Positions 35,215-42,812 of a DNA stretch of 48,405 nucleotides are shown here, one piece after another. Source of the DNA: a virus. A program made the translations under genes and the position numbers. The stretch is taken from IMG/VR virus record IMGVR_UViG_2932088517_000001, positions 1 to 48,405 of that record. One strand, given 5' to 3'. The notes below the pieces were generated by a model. It saw only the letters and a list, made by a program, of their open reading frames with translations, did no database searches and had not been told where the DNA came from. The stretch's first letter is position 1, and every line of letters starts with the position of its first letter.

Positions 35215-36399
35215 GTGCGAGTTTTATTAGATTTGAACGACATGAAGGAATGTTTAAAAACAAATGGTTATACGAATCGAAAATTAGCAACACGTTTCAA
35301 AGTAACGCACACTACAGTAAATAGTTATTTTAACAAACAAGGTAAATTTGATTTTATGCACTTAGTTGACGCACTTCGGTTATATAAACCTAAAGATGTT
35401 GAATTCCGAAGAAATTGTATTAAAGAGTATATACCGACATTGTCACATAAAAATTTAAAGTTAGCGTTAGAAGTTCTGGATATGTTCGGAGAGTACGATC
35501 TTCAAGAACTTGTAATTGAACAGATTTTGAATTCGCAAACAAAAAAAGGTGATTCTTTAACTGTACGAACCAATGTAAGAATTGCTGAGTTTTATCAACT
35601 GCTTGGGCAAAGAAGCGCAGGTACTATTACTGTAAGAGATTTTTTTGAAAAGGTCGAAAAGAAGAGAGATTTACAAAAAAATACAGAAAATGATTTGATG
35701 ATTATATCAGATTTTAGTGCAATGTATTCGTATTTAGATTTTAGTAATTATCAAAAGGTTAATGAATATATCGAAAGCGCATTACCCCGAATTGAAAAAA
35801 TTTCAAAACATACAAATAAAAATTCATTTTTACTTCGTGTGAAAGAAATGAAAGTTTCTATTCATTTACACAACAAAGGGGACTTAAATAGAGCGCGTGA
35901 AATCTGCTTAGAAATTTTAAATGACCCTTTTAACTATTATGTAAGTACGAAAGCAATCGCTTATTGTAAGTTAGGTGAAAGTTATGCGCTGACTGATTAC
36001 GAAAAGGCGAAACACTATATTTGTAAAGCACTTGAAATTATCGGGGAACCAACCAACAAAAAATTAGAAATAAGAAAAAATAAAATATTAAACGTTTTTT
36101 TATTTCTAAAAATACATCACGGAAAAGAATTGGATACAATTGATCGTACGAAACTTGATTTAGCAGAGCTTGCGTTTTTTTATATAAGAATAGGAAAAAA
36201 AGAAGAAGCTATAGAAATACTTAGAGGTCTAAAAAAACAAAACGGTTACCTTAGTAGTTTTCAGTTGTATTATATGGGTCTTGCAGTTGGAGGGGAAGAA
36301 GGGAAAAGATACCTAGAAATGTCCGCAGAAAGTTTTTCTAAATCAGGTGATTTTTTCTATATTTCTCTACCAAAAGAAGCCCTAAAATGTTATAATTGA
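35215..36399 (+). CDS. aimR: AimR-like arbitrium receptor (HTH + TPR, RRNPP-type), 394 aa
   Basis: GTG 35215 has AAGGAGG 8 nt upstream; N-terminal HTH (YTNRKLATRFKVTHTTVNSYF); TPR-like repeats (e.g. LGESYALTDYEKAKHYICKALEI); followed by the secreted-peptide gene. Confidence 0.7.
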   Translation: MRVLLDLNDMKECLKTNGYTNRKLATRFKVTHTTVNSYFNKQGKFDFMHLVDALRLYKPKDVEFRRNCIKEYIPTLSHKNLKLALEVLDMFGEYDLQELVIEQILNSQTKKGDSLTVRTNVRIAEFYQLLGQRSAGTITVRDFFEKVEKKRDLQKNTENDLMIISDFSAMYSYLDFSNYQKVNEYIESALPRIEKISKHTNKNSFLLRVKEMKVSIHLHNKGDLNRAREICLEILNDPFNYYVSTKAIAYCKLGESYALTDYEKAKHYICKALEIIGEPTNKKLEIRKNKILNVFLFLKIHHGKELDTIDRTKLDLAELAFFYIRIGKKEEAIEILRGLKKQNGYLSSFQLYYMGLAVGGEEGKRYLEMSAESFSKSGDFFYISLPKEALKCYN

Positions 36400-36425
36400 G
36401 GCATATATAAAAGGTGGTGAAACAC

Positions 36426-36566
36426 TTGAAAACCAAGATTTTAAGCTTAGTTTTAGCGATTGCGGCTGCTGCAACATTTACATTTGCGCCAGCTACAAAA
36501 CAAAGTAAAGTTGAAGAAGTAAACGCGCCAGTATTATATATGGATCCAAATCCAGGTGGCGGTTGA
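36426..36566 (+). CDS. aimP: AimP-like secreted pro-peptide (46 aa)
   Basis: TTG start 7 nt after AAGGTGGTGA; MKTKILSLVLAIAAAATFTFAPATKQSKVEEVNAPVLYMDPNPGGG*; signal-peptide-like N-terminus, Gly-rich C-terminus. Confidence 0.65.
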   Translation: MKTKILSLVLAIAAAATFTFAPATKQSKVEEVNAPVLYMDPNPGGG

Positions 36567-36587
36567 TTTATATAGATAATAATATTA

Positions 36588-36621
36588 GAAATGACACTAT
36601 CAAACTGGATAGTGTCATTTC
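36588..36621 (+). promoter_or_regulatory. Perfect 14-bp inverted repeat after aimP (terminator and/or AimR operator), followed by direct repeats TTATAGAGAA at 36626 and 36654
   Basis: gaaatgacactatc-aaactg-gatagtgtcatttc. Confidence 0.6.
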
Positions 36622-36731
36622 TGCTTTATAGAGAATGGAAACTTTTTTATAGATTATAGAGAAAAAACGACAAAAACTTTCCGCTTTTCATGATTCACAA
36701 ACTACTATGAAGATACTGGAGGATGTTGGGG

Positions 36732-36857
36732 ATGACAAAAGAGCAATTAGCAAAAGAGTTAATGGTAAAATGGTTGTTAGAAAACAAGGGGACAAATGCT
36801 GAAGATGTGTTAAAATCTCTCACTTCAGATGCATATAAAAATGAAATAGCGAAATAA
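36732..36857 (+). CDS. 41-aa ORF in the aimX position
   Basis: GGAGG 9 nt upstream; MTKEQLAKELMVKWLLENKGTNAEDVLKSLTSDAYKNEIAK*; convergent with the cI-like gene. Confidence 0.45.
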   Translation: MTKEQLAKELMVKWLLENKGTNAEDVLKSLTSDAYKNEIAK

Positions 36858-36890
36858 AAAAAGCTAACCAAACGGTTAGCTTTTTGTTTA
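36856..36890. terminator. Bidirectional intrinsic terminator
   Basis: aaagctaacc-aaac-ggttagcttt flanked by A and T runs. Confidence 0.7.
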
Positions 36891-36892
36891 CA

Positions 36893-37240
36893 TTAATCAT
36901 TATCTTTTGTTTTTGTGAAGTTGACATACATTAAAGCTTGTTTCCAAGCATTTTCTTGCTCCGCCTCTGGTAAATCCGCAACTAACTCTGCAAAACGCTT
37001 AGCCATATCATTAGTAACTTTATCTTCCGATTCAGTTAAACGTGAGTCTGATGATCTCCCTAATAAGTAATCAGATGTTACACAAAATAAATCAGCAAGT
37101 GCATTAAGTACAGTCATACTAGGTTCTATTCGATTATTTTCTAAGTGTGAATACGTCGCTCGGGATATATTTAATGAGTTAGCTATATCACCTTGCGTAC
37201 GCTTTCCCCTCAATTGTTTTAATTTATCTCCAAAAGTCAT
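36893..37240 (-). CDS. XRE/cI-like repressor number 1 (115 aa)
   Basis: LKQLRGKRTQGDIANSLNISRATYSHLE HTH; divergent from the cro-like gene. Confidence 0.8.
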   Translation of the reverse strand: MTFGDKLKQLRGKRTQGDIANSLNISRATYSHLENNRIEPSMTVLNALADLFCVTSDYLLGRSSDSRLTESEDKVTNDMAKRFAELVADLPEAEQENAWKQALMYVNFTKTKDND

Positions 37241-37280
37241 TTTTAATTTTCCCCTCTCAGTGAATCCTTAATTACATTAT

Positions 37281-37372
37281 AGATACAATTTTTATCACTT
37301 TAAACCCCTTTTCGTAAAAATGATAAAAAATTTATAAAAGTTGTTGACGATAAATTTTTTATCATCTATACT
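37281..37372. promoter_or_regulatory. Genetic-switch region: 17-bp operators TGATAAA-AAA-TTTATCA (37281-97 imperfect, 37321-37, 37348-64) and rightward promoter TTGACG-17-TATACT (37344-37372)
   Basis: Operator 37348-64 fills the promoter spacer; leftward TTTAAA-17-TATAAT on the - strand at 37276-37304. Confidence 0.65.
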
Positions 37373-37414
37373 AAAGACATCGAAAGAAACGTGTTAAGAA
37401 CGGAAGGTGGTTAA

Positions 37415-37636
37415 ATGAAAGTCGATCTAAAGCAAGAAAGAAAAACAATGAAATTAACTCAAAGTGAATTAGCTGAAAAGCTTGGTATATCAACGGTTTA
37501 TGTTCGTAAAATCGAAAACGGATATTTACCTAGACCTGACATAATGGTTAAATATCAGGATGTTTTTAATATAAGTGTTACCGAGTTATTCCCTGAATAT
37601 TTTGCGGTATTTAATGATAAAAAATTTATCATTTAG
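37415..37636 (+). CDS. Cro-like XRE HTH protein (73 aa)
   Basis: LTQSELAEKLGISTVYVRKIE; first gene of the rightward early operon. Confidence 0.75.
   Translation: MKVDLKQERKTMKLTQSELAEKLGISTVYVRKIENGYLPRPDIMVKYQDVFNISVTELFPEYFAVFNDKKFII
37615..37631. promoter_or_regulatory. Fourth, perfect copy of the operator palindrome TGATAAAAAATTTATCA at the 3' end of the cro-like gene
   Basis: Read directly. Confidence 0.5.
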
Positions 37637-37654
37637 ACGAAAAGAGGTGAAAGA

Positions 37655-38566
37655 ATGAATGGAGTAATGAACTTATCCAACGATATCACCGTCATTACAG
37701 CAGAAATAAAAAGCTATCAACAAATTGCAGGACAGTCGATATTCGAGATTGGTAAACGATTGAAACATGTGAAAGAAAACGACCTAACACACGGTGAGTT
37801 TGGTAAATGGTTAAAAGAACATGTGAATTTTACAGAAAGACAAGCAAGACGTTTTATGCAGGTGGTCGATGAATTTAAAACGGACGACGTCGTCCGAATT
37901 GGTTCTTCAAAAATATTTGAGGTATTACAGTTACCACAAGAAATAGATCGCCAACAATTCATCGAAAAACCACATACCATCCCATCAACTGGAGAACAAA
38001 AAACAGTCGATGAAATGACGGTGCGTGAACTTCGAGAAGTGAAAAAGTCCCTTAAAGAAAAGGACAAGCTCTTAGAACAAGCAGAGCACAAAATACAAGA
38101 ATCACAAAGGGAATTAGAACAAGCAAGAAAATCTGAGCAAGTAGCAATGAAACAACTAGAAAACGTACATAATCAAGAACCTCAAGTTGTTGAAAAAGAG
38201 ATAGTAAAAGAAGTACCTGTCGTTCCGGATGATCTTCTTAACGAGATTGAAAGGTTAAAAGAAGAGAATCAAGAGTATAAAGATAACGCTAATTTCTACA
38301 AACAAAAAGCTGATGCGTTATCCAAAGATGCGAACGACATGGAAAAAGAAGAAAAATCAATGAATTATATCTCCAATAAGAATGTTCATAACCTTATTGC
38401 CTACATGGACAAGTTCTTAAAGGATGCAGTTGTTTCTTCTCTCATGCGAGGTTCGATAGCGAACTCAAGCGATGCAACAAAAGAACTTCTAGATTCGCGT
38501 ATCCAAGCTTTTCAGGAGTTCATCAATGATTTAAAAATAGCTCAAACAGGTAGAAAAATTAGCTAA
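37655..38566 (+). CDS. DUF3102-like early protein with a long coiled coil
   Basis: N-terminal ...SIFEIGKRLKHVKENDLTHGEFGKWLKEHVNFTERQARRFMQV... Confidence 0.55.
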   Translation: MNGVMNLSNDITVITAEIKSYQQIAGQSIFEIGKRLKHVKENDLTHGEFGKWLKEHVNFTERQARRFMQVVDEFKTDDVVRIGSSKIFEVLQLPQEIDRQQFIEKPHTIPSTGEQKTVDEMTVRELREVKKSLKEKDKLLEQAEHKIQESQRELEQARKSEQVAMKQLENVHNQEPQVVEKEIVKEVPVVPDDLLNEIERLKEENQEYKDNANFYKQKADALSKDANDMEKEEKSMNYISNKNVHNLIAYMDKFLKDAVVSSLMRGSIANSSDATKELLDSRIQAFQEFINDLKIAQTGRKIS

Positions 38567-38580
38567 ACGGAGGAATGGAA

Positions 38581-39165
38581 ATGGAATCAGTTAGACAATT
38601 ACCAATCACACTTAATGAATCAGGGGATTTAGTTATTAAAAGAAGTAACGATGTAATGATTGAAAAATTATTTGCATTAGTACAAACGCAATTCGCGAGT
38701 CAAAGCAACATGTTAGAAGAGGTTGGTCAAGATGTAGGGAAGCTTGGCGAAGCGGTTGATATGCATACAGAAAAAGTCGAAACGCTAGACCAAACTGTAG
38801 GGAGTTTTGACGAAAGACTTACAAAAGCGCAGTTATCAAACGTAGCATCGAAAATAATCCGTGATGATTTACAAAAGGATCGCCATAAGAAAGCATCTGA
38901 ATTTGTAGGCGATAAAGTTCAACTTACAATTGATTCGATTTGCGGAACGTCCGACGAAGTAGATAAAGCATTCCGCAAATTAAAGAAAAAAGAAACAACG
39001 AAAGTCGCAAAGCAAATAGCGTCATACGTGAAATATCAACTTGGTTTTAAACGTTCAGATTCAATCGATGATATACCAAATTGTTTAGTTAAAAAACACA
39101 AGCAACTTGTTAAAGAACTTACATGGCCAAAGCTAAATAATTTCACACAAAAGGGTGGCAAATAA
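38581..39165 (+). CDS. hypothetical protein
   Basis: ATG 38581 better spaced from GGAGG than 38575. Confidence 0.55.
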   Translation: MESVRQLPITLNESGDLVIKRSNDVMIEKLFALVQTQFASQSNMLEEVGQDVGKLGEAVDMHTEKVETLDQTVGSFDERLTKAQLSNVASKIIRDDLQKDRHKKASEFVGDKVQLTIDSICGTSDEVDKAFRKLKKKETTKVAKQIASYVKYQLGFKRSDSIDDIPNCLVKKHKQLVKELTWPKLNNFTQKGGK

Positions 39166-39166
39166 T

Positions 39167-39379
39167 ATGAAACTAAGAAAAGTGACTGAACTTATTGATT
39201 TTAATGGATTGGAAATGGAAGTATTCACTCCGAAAGATAAAGAAAACGAAGTGTTGTTAGTCATTGAGGGTTCTCCAGCTTTTAGATTTACGGATTATGA
39301 GCAACTACAATTTTTCGTTAGTATTATGTCTTCATATTTAAAAGTATTAGAAGATACTGAACAGGTTCAGGAGGGGTAA
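39167..39379 (+). CDS. hypothetical protein (70 aa)
   Basis: AAGGGTGG RBS. Confidence 0.55.
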   Translation: MKLRKVTELIDFNGLEMEVFTPKDKENEVLLVIEGSPAFRFTDYEQLQFFVSIMSSYLKVLEDTEQVQEG

Positions 39380-39381
39380 CA

Positions 39382-39654
39382 ATGGCAAACGTAAGCATGA
39401 ACACAGTAATCAAAGCGAAAGTATTTAGTGATTTGTTGAAACATCTGAACAACGTATCTACATCATTAATGATTCAACGTGACGATATGTTGGAGGAAAT
39501 GAACAAAAACAACCATGATTTGTATTCAGCATCTGTAGAAGAACTAATCGATATGTTGGAGAAAAACGGAGAACTAGAGGATGAGATTAGAACACTGCTG
39601 ATTACCGAAGTGGACAAAATACATGAAGAAGTGATGGAAATCAAAATCCCTTAG
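39382..39654 (+). CDS. hypothetical protein (90 aa)
   Basis: GGAGGGG RBS. Confidence 0.6.
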   Translation: MANVSMNTVIKAKVFSDLLKHLNNVSTSLMIQRDDMLEEMNKNNHDLYSASVEELIDMLEKNGELEDEIRTLLITEVDKIHEEVMEIKIP

Positions 39655-39674
39655 ATCAGAAGGCGGTGTAAACA

Positions 39675-39782
39675 ATGGAAGAAAGTACATTCTCGCACTT
39701 CATGGTATTGGTTGTACTTCTCGCTTTTGTAGGATTGAACTACAAAAGCATAAAGCAGTTGATGAAGGATGAAAAGCGATGA
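39675..39782 (+). CDS. 35-aa single-TM peptide (below the track cutoff)
   Basis: MEESTFSHFMVLVVLLAFVGLNYKSIKQLMKDEKR*; GAAGGCGG RBS. Confidence 0.4.
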   Translation: MEESTFSHFMVLVVLLAFVGLNYKSIKQLMKDEKR

Positions 39783-39916
39783 ATAAACAACAACCTGATG
39801 AATACGAACAAAAGAAACTAGCATGGATCATAAAGGATTTAAGAGCTAGAGGGATACATAACAGCGCAGATAAGGTTGAGGAAATGCATAAGGAGTTTAT
39901 TACTCTGGCTAAATAG
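39779..39916 (+). CDS. hypothetical protein (45 aa)
   Basis: ATGA-coupled to the preceding ORF. Confidence 0.4.
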   Translation: MNKQQPDEYEQKKLAWIIKDLRARGIHNSADKVEEMHKEFITLAK

Positions 39917-39957
39917 ATAATCAAATTTGAAACTTGTACCGAAGTGGAGTGAGTAAA

Positions 39958-40203
39958 ATGAAAAGTTTCAGGATTACCGATAGAGAAAAAGTTACAGTTG
40001 TAGTCGGAGAAAATGAGAAAGATGTTACAGAATTATACTTACATGAAGTTGAAAGTAACAAAGATAATTTACATGTTGAGGAAATAAGCAAGGAAGTAGC
40101 TTTTTTCTGGAAGAGAGAAATGGGATATAGCTATTCAAGTGTTTCTGAAAGAATTAAAGATTTTAAGCAGTTTCCATGTATAGTAGGTTCTAATTTTCAG
40201 TAA
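39958..40203 (+). CDS. hypothetical protein (81 aa)
   Basis: GTGGAGTGAG RBS before ATG 39958. Confidence 0.55.
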   Translation: MKSFRITDREKVTVVVGENEKDVTELYLHEVESNKDNLHVEEISKEVAFFWKREMGYSYSSVSERIKDFKQFPCIVGSNFQ

Positions 40204-40242
40204 GAACGTTAACACAAAAGATTTTAGAAGAGGGGAAATGAA

Positions 40243-40401
40243 GTGAGAAACAAGTATGAGGGTTACTGTTATAGATGTGGAAAAAAAGTCGGGGTGAGAG
40301 AAGGTCATTTCGAACGATTTAAGGGTGGGTGGAGAACGCAACATGCATCTTGTGCTATTAAACATAGAAAACCTAAGGTCAATAAAGAAAGAAGCGTCTG
40401 A
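40243..40401 (+). CDS. small zinc-ribbon protein (52 aa)
   Basis: GTG start after AGAGGGGA; CYRCGKK...HASC. Confidence 0.45.
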   Translation: MRNKYEGYCYRCGKKVGVREGHFERFKGGWRTQHASCAIKHRKPKVNKERSV

Positions 40402-40427
40402 CGTGTTCAATACACCGGAAGAAATCA

Positions 40428-40631
40428 ATGAAAGAAAAGAGTGAGAATATGGACGAACTAAATAGGATTGCTCATTTGTTACCTTTCGAGGTACTTACAG
40501 ATATAAAAAGTCGTTTAACTGATTGGATTGCAAGCGGTGGAAGTTGGGACGACCCTTATATAAAACAACAAGTTAGATACGCAAAAAGAGTGGCAGAAAG
40601 AATGGAGGAAATGAAAAATGAACATGTTTAA
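40428..40631 (+). CDS. hypothetical protein (67 aa)
   Basis: ORF in the compact + strand array; start uncertain. Confidence 0.5.
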   Translation: MKEKSENMDELNRIAHLLPFEVLTDIKSRLTDWIASGGSWDDPYIKQQVRYAKRVAERMEEMKNEHV

Positions 40632-40923
40632 AACAATTGATAAAGATATGAGAGCGTCTGTTGGTCAGGGGGATTTCACTGAAAATGGTAAGGAATTCGT
40701 AGAGGCATTAAGAAAATACGCTAACGATATTGATAACTCAAGAGACGGAGTGCAACTTATTCTTCTTATAGCGGCTGCTTTAGATTGGGAGAAAGACACA
40801 TTCGATGAAACTATATCAAGAATGAACAAGATTGTAATCGAAACGAATACAGGAATACAGGTAGATAAATTTATTAGAGAACTGGTTAAAGAATCAGAGG
40901 GTAAATTGAAACCATTACAATAG
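40618..40923 (+). CDS. hypothetical protein (101 aa)
   Basis: GGAGG 9 nt upstream. Confidence 0.6.
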   Translation: MNMFKTIDKDMRASVGQGDFTENGKEFVEALRKYANDIDNSRDGVQLILLIAAALDWEKDTFDETISRMNKIVIETNTGIQVDKFIRELVKESEGKLKPLQ

Positions 40924-41105
40924 GACAAGCCTTCGCTTGTCGGAATATTCAGGAATCTAATGTTGGTCCCCACCTAATTCAAAGGTTCCTGGATATTCCG
41001 ATGCGTGAAAGCATCAAAACAAAATAAAACCAGCCGATTACCCCTAATCGACTGGTTCATGAAACGACGCAATATTTTCTACCACTATTATATCACAGTC
41101 GTTTC
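40924..41105 (+). other. Block of five consecutive hairpins in an ORF-free gap (candidate structured RNA or replication/recombination cis element)
   Basis: Stems 40924-41, 40942-99 (14 bp), 41000-15, 41028-57 (13-nt arms with one C-A mismatch) and 41061-105. Confidence 0.5.
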
Positions 41106-41133
41106 TTCTAAGTAAATAAGGAGGAATGTGGAA

Positions 41134-41334
41134 ATGATTGAAAATCCAATGGTTATCGGTAATCATCACGATTCATCAGTAAGAGACTTTATGGATTATT
41201 GCCAAGGGTGCGGCGGAGAAATTTATTACGGTGAGGGCTATCTTGATTGTAATGGTGATCCAATCCATGCAGAGGCTGATTGCATTAAACAATTCGTAAA
41301 AGATCGTTCAATAGAGAAAGTTGCAGGTGAATAA
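41134..41334 (+). CDS. small zinc-binding protein
   Basis: AAGGAGG 9 nt upstream of ATG 41134; CQGCGG...C...H..DC. Confidence 0.6.
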   Translation: MIENPMVIGNHHDSSVRDFMDYCQGCGGEIYYGEGYLDCNGDPIHAEADCIKQFVKDRSIEKVAGE

Positions 41335-41335
41335 G

Positions 41336-41512
41336 ATGGCCTTTCAAGACAAAATTGAAGCTGAAATTCAAGTTATGAAGAGTCTAGTTGAACGATATAA
41401 GCAAAGTAAAGAACCTAACGCTGCATCGATGGTTGTGGCTTATGAATACGGATTACAAGCACTTATGGAAGTTTACGATGTTAGTCAACAAGAAGAGGTG
41501 ATTCCGTTTTGA
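41336..41512 (+). CDS. hypothetical protein (58 aa)
   Basis: ATG 41336 after AGGTGA. Confidence 0.5.
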   Translation: MAFQDKIEAEIQVMKSLVERYKQSKEPNAASMVVAYEYGLQALMEVYDVSQQEEVIPF

Positions 41513-41715
41513 AGCGCGCGATAGACGAGCTTAAGAAGTCGTTAAAAGTAGAAAAAAAGAAATTAAGTGATTACGAGTTTAAGTTACGAAATTTGAAAGA
41601 ACATGAGATTTTACTTCGCGAATCAATTGTCGATGTGAAAATAACAATCTCTGATATAGAAGAAACAGTTTCAACATTAGAAATAATGACGGAAGGAGCT
41701 GATATCAGTGAATAA
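41509..41715 (+). CDS. hypothetical coiled-coil protein
   Basis: TTG start overlapping the upstream stop. Confidence 0.5.
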   Translation: MKRAIDELKKSLKVEKKKLSDYEFKLRNLKEHEILLRESIVDVKITISDIEETVSTLEIMTEGADISE

Positions 41716-42379
41716 AAGCCAAACAATCACTGAATTAGCTAAGGCATTAGTGAAATTCAATTCAGAAGTTAACAAAATAGCAAAGGATGCAGACAATCCT
41801 TTCTTTAAAAACAACTATGCAACGCTAGACACGATTATAGATGAAATTAGACCAATCCTTTCTAAACATGGATTAAGTATTATGCAAATACCAAGCGGTG
41901 ATGGTCAAAACGTAACGTTAAAAACGCTCCTCTTACATGAGAGTGGCGAATGGCTTGAGTCGGACGAACTAACGATGAAGCCAGTGAAGAATGATCCGCA
42001 AGCAGTAGGAAGTTGTATCACATACGCAAGACGATATTCACTAGCAGCATTCCTTAGCTTAAACACAGGTGAAGATGATGATGGTAACGGCGCTACTTAT
42101 GGGAAGGACAAGCCTAAACCTAAAGGTAACAGTGGACAAGCACCAAGCAAACCACAAGGGAATGGCGGTAATGGTAAAGCGTCAGAAAAACAAATGAAAA
42201 TGATACATGCGAAAATAGCGCACATTTCAGCTCTAGCAAAGACTGATAAACATACTATTGAGGATACATTGAAAGGCAGTATCGGAACTGACAACCTAAG
42301 CGAGATTAGCTCGCAGATAGCATCAAAAGCGATCGAAGTGCTAATGGGATGGGAAAAGCAGTATAGCCAAGCAGGTTAA
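41708..42379 (+). CDS. erf: ERF-family single-strand annealing recombinase
   Basis: NPFFKNNYATLDTIIDEIRPILSKHGL...LLHESGEW...GSCITYARRYSLAAFL. Confidence 0.8.
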   Translation: MNKSQTITELAKALVKFNSEVNKIAKDADNPFFKNNYATLDTIIDEIRPILSKHGLSIMQIPSGDGQNVTLKTLLLHESGEWLESDELTMKPVKNDPQAVGSCITYARRYSLAAFLSLNTGEDDDGNGATYGKDKPKPKGNSGQAPSKPQGNGGNGKASEKQMKMIHAKIAHISALAKTDKHTIEDTLKGSIGTDNLSEISSQIASKAIEVLMGWEKQYSQAG

Positions 42380-42393
42380 GGAGTGAAAAACCT

Positions 42394-42570
42394 ATGTTAG
42401 ATAAAAATCAATCAAAAGTCGTCCTCCCTTCATGGGTTAGTGAGGGCGCAAAAAATGAACAAGAAATAAAAGCGAAGGCGATTGAGTACATTACTCCTGA
42501 TCGCTATCCAGGATACAAAATATTGAAAGTTAAAAATGGTATCGCGATATGCGAAAGGGAGAATGCATGA
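42394..42570 (+). CDS. hypothetical protein (58 aa, below the track cutoff)
   Basis: AAGGAG RBS; hand translation MLDKNQSKVVLPSW... Confidence 0.45.
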   Translation: MLDKNQSKVVLPSWVSEGAKNEQEIKAKAIEYITPDRYPGYKILKVKNGIAICERENA

Positions 42571-42812
42571 TGAAAACAGTGTACAGATCAAAACGGTATA
42601 GCTTCATTATTCCAAGTAAGACTAAAGAGAACAAATATGTTCGTGGCGAAACCAAAACGGAAATCGGATTCAAAATATACGAATGGTCGAAAAAAGGTTA
42701 CGAATGCGTTTATCCAGCAAGAAAAGTTGTAAATGCGGAAAGTGTTCATAGAACTGGCGAAATCGATGAAACAGATTGCTTCTATGAAACGGAAATGAAG
42801 AAGGTGAACTAA
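42567..42812 (+). CDS. hypothetical protein (81 aa)
   Basis: ATGA coupling. Confidence 0.55.
   Translation: MMKTVYRSKRYSFIIPSKTKENKYVRGETKTEIGFKIYEWSKKGYECVYPARKVVNAESVHRTGEIDETDCFYETEMKKVN

Noticed and set aside
39700-40428. - strand track ORFs 39700-39924 and 40135-40428
   Set aside because: The same intervals are filled by RBS-supported, translationally coupled small + strand ORFs (39675-39782, 39779-39916, 40243-40401), consistent with the unidirectional early operon.
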